A stretch of DNA of 64,000 bases from an uncultured virus (IMG/VR IMGVR_UViG_3300021256_000092) (lineage: Duplodnaviria > Heunggongvirae > Uroviricota > Caudoviricetes). Below are positions 19,245-28,563 of the stretch, piece after piece. Below the pieces are notes generated by a model. That model worked only from the letters and a program-made list of their open reading frames with translations. It was not told where the DNA came from and did no database searches. Location: the IMG/VR virus record IMGVR_UViG_3300021256_000092; one strand, given 5' to 3'. A program made the position numbers and the translations under genes. How positions within the stretch are numbered: position 1 is the stretch's first letter; the number at the start of each line of letters is the position of its first letter.

Positions 19245-19272
19245 TTGACAATTAAATAGTACACATTATAAT
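19245..19272 (+). promoter_or_regulatory. SigmaA-type promoter
   Basis: TTGACA-16-TATAAT. Confidence 0.6.
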
Positions 19273-19330
19273 ATAGTCATACTTTTATCGAAGTATGACT
19301 ATATTACTTTTTAGAGAGGAGAAGATTAAA

Positions 19331-19537
19331 ATGGGCAGACAGAATTTAGTTCCTCAGAAGGAGAGAACTACAATCATTCTTGATAAGACATTGATGGATA
19401 GAATGTCCCACCATGTTTTGTCTGAAGGTGATAATCAGACAAACTTCATTTCCCGAGCGATTATTAATCAGCTTGAGAAAGAGGGAGATTTAGAAATCAG
19501 AGACCTTATTGAAGCTGAAAAAGAGGAAGAAGAATGA
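19331..19537 (+). CDS. Ribbon-helix-helix-like regulator
   Basis: RTTIILDKTLMDRM...QTNFISRAI. Confidence 0.6.
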   Translation: MGRQNLVPQKERTTIILDKTLMDRMSHHVLSEGDNQTNFISRAIINQLEKEGDLEIRDLIEAEKEEEE

Positions 19538-19538
19538 G

Positions 19539-19790
19539 ATGTGTGAAACGGCGCTGAGATTTAAAGATTTAACACTTAGAAAAGACTTCAACACATGGTT
19601 AGAAGAAGTCGGTATAAATCAGTTTGAAAAGTGGCTTAAAGACAGAGACAAATATAAAGGAACTCTGTGTTATGAATGCCAATGGAAAGACGTTGATACT
19701 GTTCAATGTTTTTCAGGTCATATACAGGGAATAGCAGAAGAGAAAGGTTGTGATGATTATGCCAATAAAGAAGAAAACAAAGGAAGTTAA
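19539..19790 (+). CDS. Small Cys-containing hypothetical protein
   Basis: CYEC...C...CDDY. Confidence 0.5.
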   Translation: MCETALRFKDLTLRKDFNTWLEEVGINQFEKWLKDRDKYKGTLCYECQWKDVDTVQCFSGHIQGIAEEKGCDDYANKEENKGS

Positions 19791-20922
19791 AAAGTTAAGT
19801 GCTCCTGTGGAAGAGAAGAAGACCACTCCGAAGAAGGACAATGTGAGCGTAAAGAAACTCGAAGAAGCAGTAGAGAAACTTAACCATAAGTACGGCACTA
19901 ATGCAGTAATGTTAGGATTCCCTACAAAGAAAGAAGATGAAGACGATTGGTATTCAGTACAGAGATTCAGTACTTCTATTCCGTCACTCAATATTGCTTG
20001 CGGTGGGGGTTTTCCTGTAGGGAGATACATTGAAGTACAGGGAAGAGAGTCCACCTATAAGACTACTGTAGTTCTCAATGCAGTAAGGGAATTTCAGAAG
20101 AAGTTCAAGAAGACTTTCCTACTCTGTGATGCAGAGGGTACTTCTACTTCTGATGGCGGAGCATATCTTAGAAGTCTCGGGGTAGATGAGAGTTTATTCA
20201 TGTTCAATCAGAGTGCGGGCTTAGAAGAGACCACTCAGATGATACTTGATATGATGGATAACCCGCTTGTAAAGATTGCCGTGATTGATTCCATTGAGGC
20301 TTTAGTTCCTACTAAAGAGTATGCTTCTGATATGGATGATACTACTCAGTTGGGAATTAAGCCTAAACTTCTCGCTGAATTTTTCCGCAAGTTTTCCGCA
20401 AAGAATAACAAACTTGTGAGAGAAGGAGAGATGCCATTCACCGTTATAGGTATCAATCAGCTCAGAGACAAAATTGGTACTTATGGAGACCCCGAGTTTG
20501 CACCGGGTGGTGCTTCTAAAGATTTTGCACAGAGCTTGAGAATCCGCTTTAGAAGAGGAGATACAATCTTTGAGGGAAGCGGAGAGAATAAGATAGCTGT
20601 AGGACAGACTATCAAATTCAGAGTATCAAAGAATAAAACTTTCCCATCGGGTAAGATTGGAGAGTTTGATATGTACTCAGAGAGTAATTCTGCGGGAATA
20701 AAGAAAGGTTACTGTGATACTTCAATGTCTATCATTCTTGAAGCTAAGAGAATGGGTGTCATTAAGAGAGCAGGTAGCTACTTCTCCCTTGACGGACTCG
20801 ATGATAAGTTCAGAGGAATGGATGAACTCATTAACTATCTGAAAGACCATGATGAAGAAGTCAAGAGATTGGAAGATGCTGTCCTTAACTGTGTGAAAGC
20901 GGAGTACAACATAGATGAGTAA
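19750..20922 (+). CDS. recA: RecA-like recombinase
   Basis: [36 protein letters not shown]. Confidence 0.93.
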   Translation: MMIMPIKKKTKEVKKLSAPVEEKKTTPKKDNVSVKKLEEAVEKLNHKYGTNAVMLGFPTKKEDEDDWYSVQRFSTSIPSLNIACGGGFPVGRYIEVQGRESTYKTTVVLNAVREFQKKFKKTFLLCDAEGTSTSDGGAYLRSLGVDESLFMFNQSAGLEETTQMILDMMDNPLVKIAVIDSIEALVPTKEYASDMDDTTQLGIKPKLLAEFFRKFSAKNNKLVREGEMPFTVIGINQLRDKIGTYGDPEFAPGGASKDFAQSLRIRFRRGDTIFEGSGENKIAVGQTIKFRVSKNKTFPSGKIGEFDMYSESNSAGIKKGYCDTSMSIILEAKRMGVIKRAGSYFSLDGLDDKFRGMDELINYLKDHDEEVKRLEDAVLNCVKAEYNIDE

Positions 20923-21190
20923 ACCATATTCAAGAGGGTATAAGATTGAGCGTGAGAAGATGAAGAAAGGCTCGAAATATTCAATCTCATGCTTTAACTG
21001 TGACTATTACTATAAGACTATGGAAGATGACCGAGAGGTTTGTCAGAATAATGAAGTCCAATCTTATGATATGGTCACAGATAACAACAGAGTGTATTGT
21101 ACCTATTGGAAACCTAATAAAACAAAAGAAGACAGCCTGTTTAATAAATCGGGAAGAGCAAAGCTATATAAGATAATGAATGAGGGATAA
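20915..21190 (+). CDS. Cys-rich hypothetical protein
   Basis: CFNC...C...CTYW. Confidence 0.55.
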   Translation: MSKPYSRGYKIEREKMKKGSKYSISCFNCDYYYKTMEDDREVCQNNEVQSYDMVTDNNRVYCTYWKPNKTKEDSLFNKSGRAKLYKIMNEG

Positions 21191-21193
21191 ATA

Positions 21194-21424
21194 ATGAGTA
21201 TATTTAGTCGTGGATTTAAAAATATACCTAGTCCATTACCAACAGAGAAACAGAAAAGTTTAGTAAAGGATATATGTTTGATTCTAGGGAAGCAATTCCC
21301 TAGAGAAGAAACAAAGTGGGCTTATAGCAAATTTATAGATGAAAATTTAGAGGAATATATTATTGAAAAAAAGTGGGCGGGTTTGTTCGAGTTTGATGAT
21401 ATATACCCCTTTTGGAATGATTGA
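21194..21424 (+). CDS. Hypothetical protein
   Basis: PTEKQ...SKFI pattern; in operon. Confidence 0.5.
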   Translation: MSIFSRGFKNIPSPLPTEKQKSLVKDICLILGKQFPREETKWAYSKFIDENLEEYIIEKKWAGLFEFDDIYPFWND

Positions 21425-21432
21425 GGTGTGTG

Positions 21433-21924
21433 ATGAATGTGAGAAAGAAGTCTCAGTTACAGGAAAAATCTGTAGCTAAAGAGTTTGGAGCAAAGACAGT
21501 TATAGCAAGTGGTTCATTGTGGTTTGCAGATAGTGATGTAAGGAGTGATAAGTTTCTCATTGAATGTAAGACCACGGATAAAGACTTTTATAGTCTGAAA
21601 TCAAGCGTGTGGGAGAAAATCGAGCGTGAAGCGGATTTAGACCACATGAGAATACCACTTATGGTAATAGATATAAGAGACCGCAGATTCATGGTTTTTA
21701 ATCCAGAATCCTTTGATACTAGGTTAAATGAATCCTATGAGTGTAGCTGTGATGATATGAATGCCAAGTCCTTTAGGTTGACCTATAGCTTACTTGATGA
21801 AATAGAAGAAGACCTTGAAGAGAGAATTTGGGGTAAATTTTTTATGATTTGCGGAAAGAAAAGACATCTGTTAATGTTTATGAGAATTGAAGACTTTAAA
21901 GAAGTATACAAAGGAGAGTTGTGA
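21433..21924 (+). CDS. PD-(D/E)xK nuclease, Holliday junction resolvase-like
   Basis: QEKSVA...ASGS...DV....LIECKTT. Confidence 0.75.
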   Translation: MNVRKKSQLQEKSVAKEFGAKTVIASGSLWFADSDVRSDKFLIECKTTDKDFYSLKSSVWEKIEREADLDHMRIPLMVIDIRDRRFMVFNPESFDTRLNESYECSCDDMNAKSFRLTYSLLDEIEEDLEERIWGKFFMICGKKRHLLMFMRIEDFKEVYKGEL

Positions 21925-21925
21925 G

Positions 21926-22819
21926 ATGGCGTTAAAAGACATTTTTAGTAACCTTAAGAAAGAGGGATATGTAGTTCCTAAGATAGACTTATATCTCAGT
22001 AAACTTTCGGGAATTGATGCAGACAGGGCACTTGATGTTAATGCTCCTTCACAGGCGGGAAATTGTCTTAGAGCAAACTTCTATGCAAGAACCGCCTGTC
22101 AAGATGATGGAAGTATCGCCCCGAGAACACAGAGAGTATTTGACAATGGGACTCATGTACATTTGAGGTTGCAGAAATATATGTCTGATATGGGGCTTCT
22201 TATATGCGATGAAGTTCCTATTTTAAATGATGAGTACAGGATACAAGGTCATACTGATGGATTCTTAGACCTCGGAGATGAAGTAGCGATACTTGAAATC
22301 AAGTCTATCAATGACAATCAGTTCGGACAGCTTAAAGATGCTAAAGAAGAACACAAGAAACAGGGGCTTGTTTATCTCTATTGCGCCGAGGAAAGAAGAA
22401 AGTATCTGCATAAGAAATATAAGAGCAGAGAGGAGTTCTTTAATTCCGAGCAAGAGCGTAGGAATTACTTTGCCAAGTACTATCAGTACATGCAAGACGG
22501 ACATAAGTTCAAGAGAGAAGAGAAGATTCGGTATCAAGTGGACTTAAACATAATAAGCGACGATATTCTCTATGATACGGAGAAGCCCATAACAAAAGTC
22601 ATATTCTTGTATGAGGATAAGAATAATCAAGAGTTAAAGGAATTTGTTGTAGACAGAAATTCGGGTGAGTCCGAAGCAATACTCAAGGATATTTTGAACC
22701 GTTATTCTGTTATAAATGAGTGTTGTAAGACAGGAAAAGCGCCCGAGCGTGAGGGAACAAGCAAGTCATGTAATGTGTGCAGATGGTGTAACTACAAGAA
22801 CACCTGTTGGATAGTGTGA
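21926..22819 (+). CDS. Cas4-like/RecB-family PD-(D/E)xK exonuclease
   Basis: PSQAGNC, GTHVH, GHTDG, LEIKS, Q...Y, C-terminal CNVCRWC....C. Confidence 0.8.
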   Translation: MALKDIFSNLKKEGYVVPKIDLYLSKLSGIDADRALDVNAPSQAGNCLRANFYARTACQDDGSIAPRTQRVFDNGTHVHLRLQKYMSDMGLLICDEVPILNDEYRIQGHTDGFLDLGDEVAILEIKSINDNQFGQLKDAKEEHKKQGLVYLYCAEERRKYLHKKYKSREEFFNSEQERRNYFAKYYQYMQDGHKFKREEKIRYQVDLNIISDDILYDTEKPITKVIFLYEDKNNQELKEFVVDRNSGESEAILKDILNRYSVINECCKTGKAPEREGTSKSCNVCRWCNYKNTCWIV

Positions 22820-22828
22820 GGTAAGTAT

Positions 22829-23389
22829 ATGAAGATTAAAAGAAGACAAACAACAGAAAAGCGGGAGAAAGTAGACCCGATGAAAGTCCTTTTAGAGAAC
22901 AAGGACAAAGCATTAAATATAGAGTCTGAGTTAGAGAATCAAGGGCTTATATTCTTTGACCCTAACAATAAGCTGAATATCAATGAGGACTATCTTACTC
23001 TTCCCGCCGAGATTACAGAAGTTTCGACTAGAGATTTAGGTGAGTTGCTTAATGCCTTTACTCAGCAGAAAGTTTACATGAGGACTCTGTTATGTCATGC
23101 AGAACTATTGTGTGAACAGGCGAGAAGAAACTTTACCTATGTTTCAAGCCCTATATATTCGGCGCTTGCAAAGACTAAGCTATCAGAGAAAGCAAAAGAC
23201 AGGGAAGTAGCTTCTAATGAGACAGTGAAGCCTTACTATGAGGAGTTATGCTCATATCAGAAGAAGTGCCGGATGATAGAGTATAATATCTCCAATATTG
23301 AGGATATTATCTTTATGATTTCTAGGGAAGTGTCACGTAGGAGTAGTGATTTTGATAATGAGAACCGAAACTACAATGTGAACAGGTGA
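22829..23389 (+). CDS. Hypothetical helical protein (UvsY-like?)
   Basis: GAGG RBS; ends ...MISREVSRR; position near recombination genes. Confidence 0.45.
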   Translation: MKIKRRQTTEKREKVDPMKVLLENKDKALNIESELENQGLIFFDPNNKLNINEDYLTLPAEITEVSTRDLGELLNAFTQQKVYMRTLLCHAELLCEQARRNFTYVSSPIYSALAKTKLSEKAKDREVASNETVKPYYEELCSYQKKCRMIEYNISNIEDIIFMISREVSRRSSDFDNENRNYNVNR

Positions 23390-23470
23390 TGGATTCCTTG
23401 CATTTGCAAAATATGACAAATCATATATACTAAGACCATTGAAATAAGTATTGAAGAAAGGTTAATAAAG

Positions 23471-23803
23471 ATGAGTAATGAAGTAAAAGATACTATTAAA
23501 GATAATGTAAACCACCCGAATCACTATAGTGGAAAGAGTTCCCTTGAATGCATAGATGTTATGAATCTCCTCTTTGGCTCAAAGGCTGTATGTTATTTTT
23601 GCTTGTGTAATGCTTTCAAGTATCTATGGAGACACAAGTTTAAGAATGGCATGGAAGATGTTCAAAAAGCTCTTATGTATCTTAGGATGCTTAAGATTTA
23701 TAAAGTTACGGGGAATGTTGATGACGAGAATATAAGAATCTTCGGGGAGAAATTAACAGCTTTGGCAGAAGAAGTCGAAGAGAGTTATACTGATGATAAA
23801 TAA
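23471..23803 (+). CDS. DUF3310 (SaV-like) protein
   Basis: DNVNHPNHY...ECID...NAFKYLWR..KNG.ED. Confidence 0.85.
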   Translation: MSNEVKDTIKDNVNHPNHYSGKSSLECIDVMNLLFGSKAVCYFCLCNAFKYLWRHKFKNGMEDVQKALMYLRMLKIYKVTGNVDDENIRIFGEKLTALAEEVEESYTDDK

Positions 23804-24055
23804 GGCTAATGCACTTGCCATCTTTAGCTTTGTTTATAGTCCGTAGGTACATCCCACTACCTACGGACAAATAAGATAGTTAAACAATTTATTGTTTTAA
23901 CATATATGCTATTTGGATAATGTCTTCAATCCGAGTAGCAAACTCCTTTTCATACTGGGGCGTAGGTAATCCACTACGTCCCTTTTTATTGTTTCTTTTT
24001 TGAGAGTGGTGTATACTCAAATTATCACTTGTAGAATTATATAGGAGTATTAATT

Positions 24056-24505
24056 ATGGTATTCAAAAAAGCAGAAGTAAAAGATGAATCAAAAAAGGAA
24101 CTGTATTCTAAGCGCGGGAAAAGAGCGAAAAGAAAGGGAGCAAGCTATGAGAGACTTATAGCAGACCTCTTTCAGAAAGCATTCGGGGTAGAATTGAAGA
24201 GAACCCCGCAGAGCGGAGGCTTCGCTAAGAAAAGTACTTTAGCTGATGATTACAGGGGTGACATTACTATTGTCAATGACAGGCTGAAAATGAAACTCCA
24301 TATCGAGTGCAAGAATCACAAGACTTGGAATCTTAAAAAGTGGCTCATGCAGGCAAATTCAGATTGCCCCAAAGGTAGAACTCCAATCGTGGTATTTCAT
24401 GAGTTTAACACTTCAAGGGATTATGTGACTCTGAGCCTTGAGGATTTTCTTAAGCTTGTACCTAAAGACAAAGTATTTGAAAAGAGGAACTTTAACAATG
24501 ATTAA
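24056..24505 (+). CDS. Holliday junction resolvase-like PD-(D/E)xK endonuclease
   Basis: KRKGASYER, RTPQSGG, GDI, IECK. Confidence 0.8.
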   Translation: MVFKKAEVKDESKKELYSKRGKRAKRKGASYERLIADLFQKAFGVELKRTPQSGGFAKKSTLADDYRGDITIVNDRLKMKLHIECKNHKTWNLKKWLMQANSDCPKGRTPIVVFHEFNTSRDYVTLSLEDFLKLVPKDKVFEKRNFNND

Positions 24506-24890
24506 CTTTTTTATGGGTGTTTTATTTGTAGTATGTATTATCATTATTCTTCTTGAGGTTTTCCCTATTGTTCATGTAGATGGTATAAGTATGTTTCCAA
24601 CATACAATAATGATGACTTGCTTATATCTTATCGACTATGTAAAAAACGTGATATTAGAGTAGGAGATATTGTAGTAGCAGAGAGACCCGATGTAAAGAA
24701 GAGGTACGTGATTAAGCGTGTAAGTCTCATAGGTGAAGACCCTGTGACAAAGAAAAGAACTTTCTACTTACTAGGAGATAACAGCAACAACAGTTTAGAC
24801 AGCAGACATTTTGGCGGTGTTTCTGAAAAGCTGATTGTTTCAAAAATCATTTACCCATACAGAATGAAAGAGGAACTGCCGTATGAATGA
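24498..24890 (+). CDS. lepB: Signal peptidase I (S26 family)
   Basis: N-terminal TM; V.G.SM.PT (Ser), GDIVV, YVIKRV (Lys), GDNSNNSLDSRHFG. Confidence 0.92.
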   Translation: MINFFMGVLFVVCIIIILLEVFPIVHVDGISMFPTYNNDDLLISYRLCKKRDIRVGDIVVAERPDVKKRYVIKRVSLIGEDPVTKKRTFYLLGDNSNNSLDSRHFGGVSEKLIVSKIIYPYRMKEELPYE

Positions 24891-25155
24891 TGAATTAAAA
24901 GTATTAAGAATCTCGGGTAAGTCTCCCACAAAAGAAACTGCGGGGAGTATCGTGAAGACCTATGATAGTGGATTTAAGAATATTGAGTTGAGAGCAATAG
25001 GAGCATCTAGCGTAAGTCAGATGGCAAAGTCCATTGCTACCGCTTCAAGTATTTTTGCAAGTAAGGGTTTATCCCTAACCGCAAGACTCGGTTATGATAA
25101 AGTCACTCTAGATGGTGATAAGACAGTTATCATAGCAAGACTCATTATTCAGTAA
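24883..25155 (+). CDS. spoVS: Stage V sporulation protein S homologue
   Basis: LRISGKS....AGSI......IELRAIGASSVSQMAKSIA matches the SpoVS pattern. Confidence 0.85.
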   Translation: MNDELKVLRISGKSPTKETAGSIVKTYDSGFKNIELRAIGASSVSQMAKSIATASSIFASKGLSLTARLGYDKVTLDGDKTVIIARLIIQ

Positions 25156-25168
25156 GGGAGAAGCAAAG

Positions 25169-25546
25169 ATGATAACACTTACTAGAGAGTTTTCTTTTTG
25201 TTCGGCGCATAAATTACCTTACTATGAGGGAAAGTGCCATAACCTACACGGTCATAATTACAGACTTCAAGTGACAGTTAAGGGGGATTTAATAAAAGAC
25301 CCTAAGAACCCTAAATTTGGAATGATAATTGATTTCCATGATTTAGACAGTCTAGTTAAGGAGCATATCATTGAGGATTATGACCATAAATATCTTAATG
25401 ATTTTCTTCCCAACCCTACCGCAGAAATGATAGTTGAAGCAATGGCAAAAGAGATAAAGCTGCATCTTCCCCTTGGAGTGCATCTGCACAGTATGAAGCT
25501 GTGGGAAACAGATGATAGCTTTGTAGAGTATTTAAACGAGTATTAA
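25169..25546 (+). CDS. queD: 6-carboxy-5,6,7,8-tetrahydropterin synthase
   Basis: FCSAHKL..Y.GKCHNLHGHNY, GMIIDF, DHKYLN, PTAE, LWET. Confidence 0.95.
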   Translation: MITLTREFSFCSAHKLPYYEGKCHNLHGHNYRLQVTVKGDLIKDPKNPKFGMIIDFHDLDSLVKEHIIEDYDHKYLNDFLPNPTAEMIVEAMAKEIKLHLPLGVHLHSMKLWETDDSFVEYLNEY

Positions 25547-25558
25547 AAGAGGTATCAA

Positions 25559-26203
25559 ATGTTGTATTTAGATGATATTTTCTGTTCAATACAGGGAGAA
25601 TCCTCATTGTCGGGATTGCCTACTGTATTTATCCGCCTGTTTGGTTGTCCTGTTGGATGTGTATATTGCGACCAACCACAGAACAAAAATTCGCGGAAGA
25701 AGATTTCAATAGCAAATATCGTTAATGAGGTACAGAAGAATTACAGATGGTGTAAGAGAGTATGCATAACAGGTGGAGAGCCTTTGATTTATGAAGATAC
25801 ACTCCCACTTGTGTATGAACTACAATCTTATGGGTATCAAGTATCAATAGAGACTTCGGGGTGCATTCCTATTCAAAAGGATGATTACCGCAGAAGTTTT
25901 ATCTATGTGATGGATGTTAAGACTCCGTCTTCGGGAGTAGTTGAAAAGAACGTCTATGAAAATCTCATCAAGCTACACACAAAAGATGAGGTTAAATATG
26001 TCATAAAAGACCGTAAAGATTATGACTTTATGAAGGGCATAATGAAGCGTTACCCTACACAGGCAAAGATACTTGTAAGCCCCATGTTTAATATGTATAA
26101 CAAAATGCTTATCGGAAATGACCTAGTGAATTGGCTGTTAGAAGATAGGCTTTCAAATATAAGAGTCCAAGTTCAGCTCCATAAGATTTTGGGGGTGAAG
26201 TAA
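25559..26203 (+). CDS. queE: 7-carboxy-7-deazaguanine synthase (radical SAM)
   Basis: IFCSIQGE, FIRLFGCPVGCVYCD, ITGGEP, IETSG, QLHK. Confidence 0.95.
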   Translation: MLYLDDIFCSIQGESSLSGLPTVFIRLFGCPVGCVYCDQPQNKNSRKKISIANIVNEVQKNYRWCKRVCITGGEPLIYEDTLPLVYELQSYGYQVSIETSGCIPIQKDDYRRSFIYVMDVKTPSSGVVEKNVYENLIKLHTKDEVKYVIKDRKDYDFMKGIMKRYPTQAKILVSPMFNMYNKMLIGNDLVNWLLEDRLSNIRVQVQLHKILGVK

Positions 26204-26514
26204 TGGCAGAGAAGTATATTATAAGAAAAATAGGAAAGCCCGCTTGCTATGAGCAACTAGCAGAAGAGTGTTTGGAGTTAGCAAAAGAAGCACTCAAAAT
26301 GGCTAGAATCATGCGGAAAGAAAATCCTACACCTAGAACTCTTGATGAGACTCGGGATAAAGTGATAGAGGAATATGCTGATGTAGTGAACTGCATAGTG
26401 ACTTTGGATATTCCTCTTGATGAAGAAGTCATGGAGCGCAAGATGAAAAGGTGGATAGAGAGAATAAAAGAAAAAGAGGAGGAAGACAATGAGAGCGGTT
26501 CCAATGAGTGTTGA
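26203..26514 (+). CDS. MazG-like nucleotide pyrophosphohydrolase
   Basis: EQLAEECLELAKEALK...IEEYADV. Confidence 0.7.
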   Translation: MAEKYIIRKIGKPACYEQLAEECLELAKEALKMARIMRKENPTPRTLDETRDKVIEEYADVVNCIVTLDIPLDEEVMERKMKRWIERIKEKEEEDNESGSNEC

Positions 26515-26743
26515 AGAAGAGAGATGGAGAGCAGAAGAAGATGCTAGGACTCTTGCAAGAGCAGAAGAGATTAAGGCTGATGCAAAGAGACATGCCAAAG
26601 CTGTTGCACAGGCACAGGCTATGCTCAATGAGCAGAATGACAGATTGAAGAGCCTTAAGAAGATTGCGGGAAGTGAACCCTCTAAGAAGACGAGCAGAGG
26701 GAAAGATATGAACGCAGTTTTCTATGACAGCTTTAGCAGATAA
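26489..26743 (+). CDS. Hypothetical helical protein
   Basis: GAGGAGG RBS; WRAEEDARTLARAEEIKAD. Confidence 0.6.
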   Translation: MRAVPMSVEEERWRAEEDARTLARAEEIKADAKRHAKAVAQAQAMLNEQNDRLKSLKKIAGSEPSKKTSRGKDMNAVFYDSFSR

Positions 26744-26755
26744 GGAGTAGAAGTT

Positions 26756-28144
26756 ATGGAAAAAGATGAAAAGGTCAGAGAAATTTCCAGTGTTTCTCCC
26801 GATACTTTAATACCTGTTGAAGAGAAAAAGGTAAAATTTAAGATTAGCTATGAAAACCTGTTTAGGAATATCAATCAAACAGTAGAGGAAGCTGTTTCTT
26901 CTTTACAGCAAAATTTTCGGGCTGGTGTTGATAGTATATACAATGCTGTAGTAGCTAAGGGTTCAACACCTGCTAGTAAATCCCTTAGTGATGTAGTAGC
27001 CGGGATTGAGAATATTGAAACATCAACAGGTAATGCAAGTGAAGGAGATGTTTTAGCACCTAAGACATTTTCCAATTCAAGTGGAGCTAACAAAACAGGA
27101 ACAATGCCAAATAGGGGTGCTGTCTCACAATCCCTAAATGGTTCTACGACATCCTATACTATTCCCGAGGGCTATCATAATGGTAGTGGTAAAGTATCAA
27201 TAACTACACAGGAAAAGACTGCTACACCTTCTACAAGCACACAAAATGTGACTCCCGATAGTGGTAAAGTTTTAACAAAAGTTACTGTTAATGCAATTTC
27301 AACACAGACAAAAGATGCTTATGCTACTACTTCGGCTCAAGACATAACTCCCGATAGTGGTAAGTATTTGAGTAAAGTAGCTATTGGTGCTATTTCTAAT
27401 TCAAACCTTGCCGCGGGAAATATAAAGAAGGGAACAACTGTTACTGTAAGTAATGGTGACTCTGATGTATACTCTGTAGCGGGAACTTATTCTACCCCAT
27501 CTTCGGGGCAATCTCCTGTTGTAGCAGGAGCAATGCTCAGAGGTTACAGTGGTTTTGTTAATGGAGGTAATGAAGTAAAAGGAGATATTTCATCAAAGTC
27601 AGCGGCCACATATAATACCTCTAATTCCGACCAGTCTATTGCTTCGGGTCAGTATCTTTCGGGAGTGCAGACTATTAAAGCAGTTACTACATCTAATATT
27701 AGTGCGGGGAATATCAGAAAAGGTGTAAATGTAAAAGTCGGAGATGCAAACAATGCGGGAAGAATAGCAAATGTAACAGGTACATGGTACGGAAATAAGA
27801 AAGCCATTTCTGCCTGTGCTTATGAGTTTACAGGTGATAGCTCAAGTAAGTCAGCAGAAGCATCCTTTACGATGCCCGAGAGTGGAATAGTATACTATGG
27901 CGGTTGCTCTGGTGGATGGTATTATGGTGATTCTGATTCTTATGCCACTTGTGCAATTTATAAAAATGGTACATTAATGGATGATAGAAATATAGCAAAT
28001 GGCTCACAGCAATTCCGTGGAACTATGTTCGATAAAACAATGTCTGTTTCTGCGGGAGATGTTATAAAAGTAGTAGCATCATGTAATAAAGGTAACAGAG
28101 GAGACTTTATTATGTCCTGTATGCAAGCGGTATGTATCTATTAA
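26756..28144 (+). CDS. Fibre/spike-like S/T/G-rich repeat protein
   Basis: Repeats TPDSGK.L.KV x2 and N..AGNI.KG x2; TIPEGYHNGSGKV. Confidence 0.65.
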   Translation: MEKDEKVREISSVSPDTLIPVEEKKVKFKISYENLFRNINQTVEEAVSSLQQNFRAGVDSIYNAVVAKGSTPASKSLSDVVAGIENIETSTGNASEGDVLAPKTFSNSSGANKTGTMPNRGAVSQSLNGSTTSYTIPEGYHNGSGKVSITTQEKTATPSTSTQNVTPDSGKVLTKVTVNAISTQTKDAYATTSAQDITPDSGKYLSKVAIGAISNSNLAAGNIKKGTTVTVSNGDSDVYSVAGTYSTPSSGQSPVVAGAMLRGYSGFVNGGNEVKGDISSKSAATYNTSNSDQSIASGQYLSGVQTIKAVTTSNISAGNIRKGVNVKVGDANNAGRIANVTGTWYGNKKAISACAYEFTGDSSSKSAEASFTMPESGIVYYGGCSGGWYYGDSDSYATCAIYKNGTLMDDRNIANGSQQFRGTMFDKTMSVSAGDVIKVVASCNKGNRGDFIMSCMQAVCIY

Positions 28145-28169
28145 ATTTATATTCCGCAATATTTCAAGG

Positions 28170-28357
28170 AATTAATGTGGTGGCGGAATAGACATCAAGG
28201 AAGATGGTAAAAATTGTGTGCTGTGATTACAACAGAGTCAATTAAAAGTAGTCGCTTTATCGAAAATGTATACCTACGGCAAAATGGAACATTAGTAGAG
28301 AGACAAGTAGTCCGTTAAGCTTGTTATGTAAAGTGCAAATCTTTACCCACATTAATT
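28170..28357 (+). ncRNA. tRNA-like structured RNA with expanded arms
   Basis: 11-bp closing stem 28170-28180/28347-28357; TGGCGGAATAG D-arm-like start; T-arm GTAAAG-TGCAAAT-CTTTAC. Confidence 0.55.
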
Positions 28358-28563
28358 TTAGGTGCAAAAGATAAAACGTAGGTGATTAAAATGTTAACAT
28401 TATTAGATGGAATTGTATTAGGCACAGGTGCTATTATCCTCCTTGCTCTAATAGCAATTACATTGTTAAGATGAATTATACTTTTTAGGCGCGAAAAGTT
28501 TAATTCATTTGTAAATTTGTTTGTAAAAAGAGCGCTACAGAGAATGAAGTAAAGGAGATTAGC

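Noticed and set aside
13147..20922. Inteins or introns in DnaB, PolA, RecA
   Set aside because: Normal lengths, uninterrupted frames, no intein splice or homing-endonuclease motifs.
21926..22819. CRISPR-associated Cas4
   Set aside because: Stand-alone in the recombination module; typical phage exonuclease.
28170..28357. Canonical tRNA or tmRNA
   Set aside because: Too long for a tRNA, no anticodon arm or CCA, non-standard T-loop; no tmRNA ends or tag ORF.
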